Positions 52,304 to 60,280 of a stretch of DNA of 64,000 nt are shown in pieces (within the stretch, counting starts at the first letter, position 1; every line of letters starts with the position of its first letter). This stretch comes from Pseudomonadota bacterium (GTDB lineage: Bacteria > Pseudomonadota > Gammaproteobacteria > Xanthomonadales > Rhodanobacteraceae). The stretch covers positions 29,703 to 93,702 of the forward strand of contig JAJYTR010000002.1 in NCBI GenBank assembly GCA_021792975.1, in the 5' to 3' direction. The position numbers and the translations under genes are program-made. The notes under the pieces are model-generated. The model ran no database searches and was not told the DNA's origin. It worked only from the letters and a program-made list of their open reading frames with translations.

Positions 52304-53787
52304 GCACCCCGCGGCCCGCGGTCGTGGAGCGGCCGTACAGCGAGGTGCTGGTGATCGGCGCCGGCGTGGCCGGCCTGGCGACGGCACTGGCGGCCGCGCC
52401 GCGCCGCGTCCGCGTGCTGACCGCCGGACGGACGCCGGAACAGGCGGCCAGCGCCTGGGCGCAGGGCGGTATCGCCGCGGCGATCGGTTCGGGAGACGAT
52501 CCCGACCAGCATGCCGCCGACACCCTGGCCGCGGGCCAGGGACGCAACGACGCGGCCGCGGTGCGCCGTCTGGCCGCGGCGGCACCGGACGCGATCGACT
52601 GGCTGCAGCAATTGGGCGTGCGTTTCGACCGCGACGCCCGCGGCGCATTGCTGCTGGGCCGCGAAGCAGCCCACGGCCGGGCCCGCATCGTGCATGCGGG
52701 CGGCGATGCGACAGGCGCCGAAGTCATGGGCGTGCTGGCGCGCGCAGCCGCGCGGGAGGCCCGCGTGCAGGTGCTGGCGGGCCACCGTGCGTTCGCACTG
52801 GCCCGCAACGCGCAAGGCCGTGCGGCGGGTGTCTGGGCATGGAACGGGCAGGGCATCGAGCGCTGGCCGGCGGGGGCGGTGGTGCTGGCCACGGGCGGCT
52901 ACGCGGCGCTGTACCGGTACACCACCAACCCGCCCGGCAGCGACGGCACCGGAATCGCGCTGGCGCTGGCGGCCGGCGCAGCCCTGGCCGACCTCGAGTT
53001 CGTGCAGTTCCATCCTACCGCGCTGGCGTTGCCTGGCGACGGCCAGCTGCCGCTGCTGACCGAGGCTCTGCGCGGCGCGGGTGCCGTGCTGGTGGATGCG
53101 CGCGGCGAGCGCTTCATGCCAGCCGTGCATCCGCTGGCCGAACTGGCGCCGCGGGACGTGGTGGCGCGTGCGGTGGCCGCGCGCCGGCTGGCCGGCGAAC
53201 CGGTATTCCTCGACGCGCGTGCCGCGGTGGGTGCGGCTTTCCCGCAGCGATTCCCCACCGTCTACGCCGCATGCCGGCGTGCCGGATTCGATCCGCGCGA
53301 GCAGCCGATCCCGGTTACGCCCGCCGCGCATTACTGCATGGGCGGCGTGCGCGTGGATGCACGGGCGCGCAGCACGGTGCCGGGGCTGTACGCGGTGGGC
53401 GAGGCGGCCGGCACCGGCGTGCATGGCGCCAACCGGCTGGCCAGCAACTCGCTGCTGGAGGGCCTGGTGTTTGGGCGTGCACTGGGACGCCAGCTTGCCG
53501 AAACGCCACCGTCGCCGCCCGGCGATGCACTGCCCTGCGCGCGTCGTTATGCGCCGCTGGATGCGGCGCTGCGCGCCGCACTGGCCGAGCTGCTGTGGAC
53601 CCGGGCCGGCGTGATGCGTGACGAGTTCGGTCTGGCGCAGGCCGCGGCACGCATCGCCGCGTGGCGCGACGCGCAGCTGCCGGGCGCCAGCGGTGCCGAT
53701 CTGCTCGACCTGGCGGCAGCACTGGTCGCGGCCATGCGCGCCCGCCGCGAGTGCGTGGGTGCGCACTGGCGCCGCGACGCGGCATGA
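52300..53787 (+). CDS. nadB: L-aspartate oxidase
   Basis: AQGGIAAA, EAAH..RI.HA.GD.TG, EFVQFHPT, TEALRG.GA, HGANRLASNSLLE. Confidence 0.95.
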   Translation: MSTPRPAVVERPYSEVLVIGAGVAGLATALAAAPRRVRVLTAGRTPEQAASAWAQGGIAAAIGSGDDPDQHAADTLAAGQGRNDAAAVRRLAAAAPDAIDWLQQLGVRFDRDARGALLLGREAAHGRARIVHAGGDATGAEVMGVLARAAAREARVQVLAGHRAFALARNAQGRAAGVWAWNGQGIERWPAGAVVLATGGYAALYRYTTNPPGSDGTGIALALAAGAALADLEFVQFHPTALALPGDGQLPLLTEALRGAGAVLVDARGERFMPAVHPLAELAPRDVVARAVAARRLAGEPVFLDARAAVGAAFPQRFPTVYAACRRAGFDPREQPIPVTPAAHYCMGGVRVDARARSTVPGLYAVGEAAGTGVHGANRLASNSLLEGLVFGRALGRQLAETPPSPPGDALPCARRYAPLDAALRAALAELLWTRAGVMRDEFGLAQAAARIAAWRDAQLPGASGADLLDLAAALVAAMRARRECVGAHWRRDAA

Positions 53788-53832
53788 GATTTCCGGCGTT
53801 ACGCTAGCGCCTTCTCCCTGCGAGGTCGCGCC

Positions 53833-54468
53833 ATGGACAACCGTCCGCTGCTGGTCATCGGTGACAAAACCTACTCGTCGTGGTCACTGCGGCCGTGGCT
53901 GATGCTGCGCCAGGCCGGCGTCGACTTCGACGAGAAACTGCTGTGGCTGCATCGTCCCGAATTCCGCGGCGAAGTGGCCCGCTATTCGCCCAGCGGGCGC
54001 GTGCCGGCGCTGCATCACGCTGGCGTGGTGGTGTGGGAATCGCTGGCGATTCTCGAGTACATCAGCGAGACCTGGATGGCCGGACGCGGCTGGCCGCAGG
54101 ATCCCGCCGCGCGTGCGCACGCCCGCGCCATCGCCTGCGAGATGCACGCCGGTTTCGCCGCGCTGCGCCGGGAGCTGTCGTTGAACCTGCGTCGCACCGG
54201 TGCGCCGCTGACCCCCGGCCACGATGCCACACAGGACATCCGCCGCGTGCTGGCGATCTGGCAGGACACGCGCACGCGTTTCGGCGCCGGCGGTCCGTTC
54301 CTGCTGGGCGCGTTCGGTTGCGCCGATGCCATGTACGCGCCGGTGGTGCTGCGCTTCGAGGTCTACGGCATCGACTTGCCGGCGCCTGCGCGTGCCTATG
54401 CGGATGCCATCCTGGCGCTGCCAACCGTGCGCGAATGGCGTGCGGCGGCCGCGCAGGAGCATGACTGA
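53833..54468 (+). CDS. Glutathione S-transferase family protein
   Basis: [38 protein letters not shown]. Confidence 0.92.
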   Translation: MDNRPLLVIGDKTYSSWSLRPWLMLRQAGVDFDEKLLWLHRPEFRGEVARYSPSGRVPALHHAGVVVWESLAILEYISETWMAGRGWPQDPAARAHARAIACEMHAGFAALRRELSLNLRRTGAPLTPGHDATQDIRRVLAIWQDTRTRFGAGGPFLLGAFGCADAMYAPVVLRFEVYGIDLPAPARAYADAILALPTVREWRAAAAQEHD

Positions 54469-54529
54469 GACCTACGCTGCCGCCACACGCGCGGCATCGC
54501 GCATCCACCCATACCTGAGGACCGCCGCC

Positions 54530-55177
54530 ATGCCGGGAATCGGTGCCTGGAAGCAGCGTCTGCCCACCCGCGAACAGGCCCTGCCGGGCCGGGCCGTGCC
54601 GCTGACGGACCGGCACCTGGTACTGGACCGGCCGCTGACGGCGTTGCCGCCGGGGCTGCGCGAGGCATTCTTCGCCATGGGCTGCTTCTGGGGCGCCGAA
54701 CGCGCGTTCTGGCCGCTGCCCGGCGTGTACACCACCGCGGTGGGCTACGCCGGCGGCTACACGCCCCATCCCACCTACCGCGAAGTGTGCAGCGGGCAGA
54801 CCGGCCACGCCGAAACCGTGCGCGTGGTGTACGACCCCGCGCTGCTTTCCTTCGAGGCGCTCCTGCAGGTGTTCTGGGAACGCCATGATCCGACCCAGGG
54901 CATGCGCCAGGGCAACGACACCGGCACCCAGTACCGCTCGGCCGTCTACACGACCGGCGGCGACCAGCAGGCCGCCGCGGAAGCTTCGCGCAGCGCCTAC
55001 CAGCGTGCGCTGAGCGCGGCCGGGCACGGCACCATCACTACCGAGATCGCCCCGGCAGGGCCGTTCTACTACGCCGAGGACGAACACCAGCAGTACCTGG
55101 CCAGGAACCCGGGCGGCTACTGCGGACTGGGTGGCACCGGAGTGGGCTGCCCGCTGGGGCTGGCCGTCGCCCGCTAG
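54530..55177 (+). CDS. msrA: Peptide methionine sulfoxide reductase A
   Basis: [39 protein letters not shown]; GAGG RBS before MPGIG. Confidence 0.96.
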   Translation: MPGIGAWKQRLPTREQALPGRAVPLTDRHLVLDRPLTALPPGLREAFFAMGCFWGAERAFWPLPGVYTTAVGYAGGYTPHPTYREVCSGQTGHAETVRVVYDPALLSFEALLQVFWERHDPTQGMRQGNDTGTQYRSAVYTTGGDQQAAAEASRSAYQRALSAAGHGTITTEIAPAGPFYYAEDEHQQYLARNPGGYCGLGGTGVGCPLGLAVAR

Positions 55178-55216
55178 CACCGCGCGCTGCGTGCGACGGC
55201 CGGCGTGAGCGGTCCC

Positions 55217-55246
55217 GGCGCGTGCGGTTCAGGCGCGTGCGGTTCA
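55217..55246 (+). repeat. 15-bp tandem duplication including the DUF3501 stop codon
   Basis: GGCGCGTGCGGTTCA x2. Confidence 0.75.
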
Positions 55247-55828
55247 GGCATCCAGGTCGGCGCCCAGGCCGGCGCTCTGCGTGGCGTTCAAGGCGATCTC
55301 GGCGGTGTAGAACGGGTGCCGCACGCGCAGACCGATCCGCGCGCCTCCGTGCCAGGCGCGGATCTGCGCGGCGCTCAGCTCAAAGCGCAGGAAATGCACG
55401 GCGGCGGTCTTGGCCTTGTTGCTGCGCGGCAGATCCTCGTCGGCGACCGCGAGGACCGGTGGGCTGTCGCCGATCAGCAGCTCGATCCGGTGCTCGATGC
55501 CGCGCAGGTTCTCCAGCGCGCGGCGACGCTCGTCGATGTCCGGGTATTCGATCAGCAGCGTGGCCTTCAGGTTGTGGCCGTCCGGGATCAGCGGGTTGTA
55601 GGCGGCCAATTCCTCGTCGATGGCCGCCGGCTCGAAGATACGCTCGATGCGCAGCATCTCCTGCACCTGGTACTGCACCGTGGTGCGATCTTCGAACAGC
55701 AACGTCAGGTGCGGTCCCAGGGGTACGCTGCGCGCGCGCTTGTGGGCGATGGCGCGCGCGCGGAAACCGGCGCGCTGGCGCGCGTACTGCTCGAGGCTCA
55801 ACAAGTCGGTATGGGCGAGCTTCTGCAT
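55244..55828 (-). CDS. DUF3501 family protein
   Basis: FEDR.T..YQVQEMLRIE, YNPLIP, KTAAVHFLRF. Confidence 0.9.
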   Translation of the reverse strand: MQKLAHTDLLSLEQYARQRAGFRARAIAHKRARSVPLGPHLTLLFEDRTTVQYQVQEMLRIERIFEPAAIDEELAAYNPLIPDGHNLKATLLIEYPDIDERRRALENLRGIEHRIELLIGDSPPVLAVADEDLPRSNKAKTAAVHFLRFELSAAQIRAWHGGARIGLRVRHPFYTAEIALNATQSAGLGADLDA

Positions 55829-55844
55829 GGCGGTGCGTCCCCGT

Positions 55845-57170
55845 TCAGATGCCGTAGGCATGGCGCAGCAGGCTGACCGGGTGCTCGGCCGCAGGCGCAT
55901 CGCCGAGACCATGCGCGATGTGCGCAGCGGCCATCGGACAGTCGCTGATGAAATGCTGCGGTTCGGTCTCGCGCACGCGCGTCTCCACCGGCCTGGCGAT
56001 CCTGCGCGCGATCGGGTAGGTGGCGCGCCTGACGCCGTAGGTGCCGTCGTGGCCCGAGCAGCGCTCGATGCTGATGATCTCGGTGCCGGGCACCAGCGAC
56101 AGCACCTCGCGCGTCTTCGGTCCGATGTTCTGCACGCGCTGGTGACAGGCCGCCTGCCAGGCGACCTTGCCCAGCGGGTTCTTGAAGTCGGTCTTCAGCA
56201 GCCCGGCCTGCCGGCGCTGCACGAGGTACTCGAAGGGATCGAAGAAGTGCCGCTTCACGAGCTGCACGTCGGCGTCGTCGGGGAACATCAACGGCAGCTC
56301 CTGCTTGAACATCAGCACGCAGGAGGGGATCGCGGCGACGAGGTCGTGGCCCTCGCGTGCCAGCGTCGCCAGCACCGGGATGTTCTTCTCTTTGTACGCG
56401 CGCACGCTGTCCAGATCGCCCAGTTCCAGCTTGGGCATGCCGCAGCAGACCTCCTGCATCACCATGCGTGCAGGAATGCCGTTGTGCGCCAGCACGGCAT
56501 GCAGGTCCTCGACCGCCTGCGGCAGGCTGACGTCGCAGTAGCAGGTGGCGAAGATGGCGACCTTGCCCTGCGTGCGGCCGGCGGGTTGCGCGGTGCCCTC
56601 GGCCTGGGCGTGCCTGAGGCGCCTGCGTGCGGTTTTGCTGTGGTAGCGCGGCACCACCGCCTCGGGGTGCACGTCCATGACCTTGTCCAGCAGGCCGCGC
56701 CCGATCGCGCTGCGGTTGACGGCGTTGACCACCTCGGTCACCACCGGAATCGACGCCAGACGCCCTACGGTGGTGGTGTTGGAGAGCACCCTGGCCTTCA
56801 GCGGCACGCCGTGCCTGCGGAAGTGCACGGCCTTGGCGCGCAGCATCAGGTGCGGAAAGTCCACGTTCCATTCGTGCGGCGGCACGTACGGACACTTGGT
56901 CTGGTAGCACAGGTCGCACAGGTAACAGTGCTCGACGACCTTGCCGTAGTCGGCCTTGTCGACGCCGTCGACCTCCATGGTCCCGGAGTTGTCGATCAGA
57001 TCGAACAGCGTGGGAAAGGCGTTGCACAGGCTGACGCAGCGGCGGCAGCCGTGGCAGATTTCGAACACCCGCTCGAGTTCCTGCTCGAGGGCGGACGCGT
57101 CCCAGAAATCGGCCCCGGTCCAGGCCAGCGGATGGCGCGTGGGCGCCTGCAGATTGCCTTCACGCGCCAT
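55845..57170 (-). CDS. Rubrerythrin-associated Fe-S oxidoreductase (GlpC/Hdr-like)
   Basis: CHGCRRC..LC, CYLCDLC...CPY, CCGMP, CSGHDG, SDCPMA. Confidence 0.9.
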   Translation of the reverse strand: MAREGNLQAPTRHPLAWTGADFWDASALEQELERVFEICHGCRRCVSLCNAFPTLFDLIDNSGTMEVDGVDKADYGKVVEHCYLCDLCYQTKCPYVPPHEWNVDFPHLMLRAKAVHFRRHGVPLKARVLSNTTTVGRLASIPVVTEVVNAVNRSAIGRGLLDKVMDVHPEAVVPRYHSKTARRRLRHAQAEGTAQPAGRTQGKVAIFATCYCDVSLPQAVEDLHAVLAHNGIPARMVMQEVCCGMPKLELGDLDSVRAYKEKNIPVLATLAREGHDLVAAIPSCVLMFKQELPLMFPDDADVQLVKRHFFDPFEYLVQRRQAGLLKTDFKNPLGKVAWQAACHQRVQNIGPKTREVLSLVPGTEIISIERCSGHDGTYGVRRATYPIARRIARPVETRVRETEPQHFISDCPMAAAHIAHGLGDAPAAEHPVSLLRHAYGI

Positions 57171-57271
57171 GCTGCGCTCCTCGATCGGGGGCTTGGGAAT
57201 GAGCAGACGCCAGCATTGCGCTGGCGTCGTAGGCGATGCGGATCGCGGCGCTGATTCCACCGCGCACTGTT

Positions 57272-57691
57272 TCAGCCCAGATCGTTCAGCGCTTTCTGGA
57301 AGCGGTTGGCATGCGAGCGTTCGGCCTTGGCCAGCGTCTCGAACCAGTCGGCCACTTCATCGAAACCCTCCTCGCGCGCAGTCCTGGCCATGCCCGGGTA
57401 CATGTCGGTGTACTCGTGGGTCTCGCCGGCGATGGCGCTCTTGAGATTGGCCTTGGTCTCGCCGAAGGGCAGGCCGGTGGCCGGGTCGCCGCACTGCTCG
57501 AGGTATTCGAGATGGCCGTGGGCGTGACCGGTCTCGCCCTCGGCGGTGGAACGGAACACCGCGGAAACGTCGTTGAAGCCCTCCACATCGGCCTTGGCGG
57601 CGAAGTACAGATAGCGGCGGTTGGCCTGCGACTCGCCGGCGAACGCGTACTTCAGGTTCTCTTCGGTCTTGCTGCCTTTCAGGGTGCTCAT
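57272..57691 (-). CDS. Rubrerythrin (short form lacking rubredoxin domain)
   Basis: [34 protein letters not shown] diiron motifs; GGAG RBS. Confidence 0.93.
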   Translation of the reverse strand: MSTLKGSKTEENLKYAFAGESQANRRYLYFAAKADVEGFNDVSAVFRSTAEGETGHAHGHLEYLEQCGDPATGLPFGETKANLKSAIAGETHEYTDMYPGMARTAREEGFDEVADWFETLAKAERSHANRFQKALNDLG

Positions 57692-57767
57692 GGTCGTCTC
57701 CTGGCGTCGGTTGGGGGGTGGGCGGGAATCAACCCGTTACGATAAGCCCGACCCGACAACGGTTGAA

Positions 57768-57804
57768 ATCGAACGAATCGATGGCTGCGATATCCGGTCG
57801 CTAT
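57768..57804 (-). promoter_or_regulatory. OxyR binding site upstream of rubrerythrin
   Basis: Minus strand ATAG-N7-ATAT-N7-ATCG-N7-CGAT versus consensus ATAG-N7-CTAT-N7-ATAG-N7-CTAT. Confidence 0.72.
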
Positions 57805-58760
57805 CGCGGGGTCGCGCGTGCGACGGGCGCGGTGTCGGTGGGCGGACAGGCCTCCGGCCGCGGATCCAGCAGCGGCGGCGGCAGCGCGCGGATCACGTCG
57901 GCCAGGCGGCGCAGGAAGCCGGCCATCGCGGAACTCCTGCGCCAGGCCATGGCGATGCGGCGGTGTGGCGGCGCATCGCTGAACCCCAGCAGATGCACAT
58001 TGGCCGCGCAGGCCACCGGCGGGCGCACCGCCAGCACCGGCAGCAGGGTGATGCCCACGTTAGCCGCCACCATCTGGCGCAATGTCTCCAGGCTGGTGGC
58101 GCGGAAGCCGCTGCGTTCGGCGGCGCCGTTGGCATGGCAGACCGCCAGCGCCTGGTCGCGCAGGCAGTGGCCCTCCTCGAGCAGCAGCAGGTCCCGTTCG
58201 GCCAGGTCGCGGCCGCTGACGCGGCGGCGCTGCGCCAGCGGGTGCGAACCCGGCACGGCCAGCACGAATGGCTCCTCGAACAGGAACTGCGTGTGCAGCG
58301 AATCGTCGTGCAGCGGCAGCGCCATGATGGCCGCATCCAGCCTGCCCTCGCGCAGCAGACGCAGCAGCGTTTCGGTCTTCTCCTCGGTCAGCAGCAGTTC
58401 CAGGCGGGGGAACCGCTCGCGCAGCGGAGGCACGACGTGCGGCAGCAGGTAGGGGCCCAGCGTAGGGAAGATGCCCAGGCGCACCGTGCCCGATTCGGGG
58501 TCGCGCGTGCCGCGCGCGATCGCGCGGATCTGTTCGACCTCGTTGAGCACCTCGCTCGCGCGCCGGGCGATTTCCACCCCCACCGGGGTCAGCAGCACGC
58601 GCCGCGGCGTGCGTTCGAATAGGGTGACGCCCAGCTCGTCCTCGATCTTCCTGATCTGCGTGGACAGGGTGGGCTGGCTGACGAAGCAGGCTTCGGCGGC
58701 GCGGCCGAAGTGCCGATGCTCGGCGAGCGCAACGAGATAGCGCAGATCGCGTAGATTCAT
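57801..58760 (-). CDS. oxyR: Hydrogen peroxide-sensing LysR regulator OxyR
   Basis: MNLRDLRYLVALAEHRHFGRAAEACFVSQPTLS; LLEEGHCLRDQALAVC (two redox Cys); ATSLETLRQMV. Confidence 0.95.
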   Translation of the reverse strand: MNLRDLRYLVALAEHRHFGRAAEACFVSQPTLSTQIRKIEDELGVTLFERTPRRVLLTPVGVEIARRASEVLNEVEQIRAIARGTRDPESGTVRLGIFPTLGPYLLPHVVPPLRERFPRLELLLTEEKTETLLRLLREGRLDAAIMALPLHDDSLHTQFLFEEPFVLAVPGSHPLAQRRRVSGRDLAERDLLLLEEGHCLRDQALAVCHANGAAERSGFRATSLETLRQMVAANVGITLLPVLAVRPPVACAANVHLLGFSDAPPHRRIAMAWRRSSAMAGFLRRLADVIRALPPPLLDPRPEACPPTDTAPVARATPR

Positions 58761-58851
58761 CCGTATCGATCGAAGGTGTGAATGATCGAACGATAGCACC
58801 GCACACATGCCGGCTCGCGTAGCATGACGCCGTCGCCACCACGCCCTGCCC

Positions 58852-59706
58852 ATGATCACGCTGCGCCAGATGCTGGCCGATGCCCGTGCGCGACTGGGTG
58901 GCGCGGATGCCGCGCTCGAGGCCGAACTGCTGCTGGCCCACGTGCTGGCGTATCCGCGCAGCGGACTGTACGCGCATCCCGAAGCGGTGCCCACGCCCGC
59001 TCAGGCCGCCGCGTTCGAAGCGCTGCTGGTACGCCGCATCGCCGGCGAACCGATGGCCTATCTGCTGGGGCGGCGCGGATTCTGGACGCTCGAACTGGCG
59101 GTGGGTCCGGCGTGCCTGATTCCGCGCCCCGAGACCGAACTGCTGCTCGAGCAGGCACTGCTGCGCATCCCGCAGGATGCCGTTTCCGAGGTGGCCGATC
59201 TCGGCACCGGCAGCGGGGCGCTGGCGCTGGCGCTGGCGCAGGAGCGGCCGCGCGCGCGCGTGCTGGCCAGCGATGCCAGCGCCGGGGCACTGGCGCTGGC
59301 GCACGCGAATGCGCAGCGGCTGGGTCTGGCGTCGCGCGTGCGCTGCGTGCGGGGCGACTGGTTCGAGGCGGTGGCGGGGCTGCGGTTCCACGTGATCGTC
59401 TCCAATCCGCCCTATCTCGCCGCGGACGATCCGCATCTGCAGCAGGGCGACCTGCGCCACGAGCCGCGCGCGGCGCTGGTTTCCGGCGCGGAGGGACTGG
59501 ACGCGCTGCGCACGCTCGCCGCCGGCGCCCCCGCGCATCTGCATCCCCACGGCTGGCTGCTGCTGGAGCACGGCGCCGGGCAGGGGCAGGCGGTGCGCGC
59601 GCTGCTGGCGGCGAGGGGATTCGCGCAGGTCAGCAGCGTACGCGACCTGCAGGCCCACGAGCGTGTCACCCTGGGGCAATGGCCGGCAGCGGCCGGCAGC
59701 GCATAA
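58852..59706 (+). CDS. prmC: Release factor glutamine methyltransferase
   Basis: LIPRPETE, DLGTGSGA, SNPPY, LLEHG. Confidence 0.95.
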   Translation: MITLRQMLADARARLGGADAALEAELLLAHVLAYPRSGLYAHPEAVPTPAQAAAFEALLVRRIAGEPMAYLLGRRGFWTLELAVGPACLIPRPETELLLEQALLRIPQDAVSEVADLGTGSGALALALAQERPRARVLASDASAGALALAHANAQRLGLASRVRCVRGDWFEAVAGLRFHVIVSNPPYLAADDPHLQQGDLRHEPRAALVSGAEGLDALRTLAAGAPAHLHPHGWLLLEHGAGQGQAVRALLAARGFAQVSSVRDLQAHERVTLGQWPAAAGSA

Positions 59707-59734
59707 TCACCGCGGTATTTCCGGAACTCCCGCC

Positions 59735-60280
59735 ATGTCGCAATCGCAGCGCGCCCTGACGTTCCGCTTTCTGGCCCAGCCCACCGACGTCAATTTCGGC
59801 GGCAAGGTGCATGGCGGTGCAGTGATGAAGTGGATCGACCAGGCCGCCTACGCCGCCGCGGTGGGCTGGAGCGGAGCCTATTGCGTCACCGCCGCGCTCA
59901 GCGGCCTGAACTTCGTGACGCCGATCCGCATCGGCGATCTGGTCACCGTGCAGGTGACGCTGGTCGCCACCGGGCGCAGCAGCATGCAGTTCGTGGTGGA
60001 TGTGCTGGCGCGCGACCTCAGGGCCGGCGAGGAGCGGCTGGCCACCAGTTGCGTGATCGTGTTCGTGGCCCTGGATGCCGCCGACGGCCATCCGGTGGCG
60101 GTACCGCGCTGGCAACCGCACAGCGCGGCCGACCAGGCGCTGGCCGCGCGCGCCGCCGAACTGGCACGGCTGTCCAAGGCCATGGAGCAGGCGGTGCTGG
60201 CGGCACGCGCCGACGGCCCGTTCAGTGCGCCGCCGGCAGATCCAGATCCTGCCGGAACAGGAACGCACGCTTCAGCGTGA
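59735..60280 (+). CDS. Acyl-CoA thioesterase (hotdog, YciA-like)
   Basis: FLAQPTDVNFGGKVHGG.VMKWIDQA; TGRSSM; VFVALD. Confidence 0.9.
   Translation: MSQSQRALTFRFLAQPTDVNFGGKVHGGAVMKWIDQAAYAAAVGWSGAYCVTAALSGLNFVTPIRIGDLVTVQVTLVATGRSSMQFVVDVLARDLRAGEERLATSCVIVFVALDAADGHPVAVPRWQPHSAADQALAARAAELARLSKAMEQAVLAARADGPFSAPPADPDPAGTGTHASA

Noticed and set aside
58761-58800. Second OxyR box upstream of oxyR
   Set aside because: ATCG/CGAT tetrads are present but spacing does not give a convincing four-tetrad match
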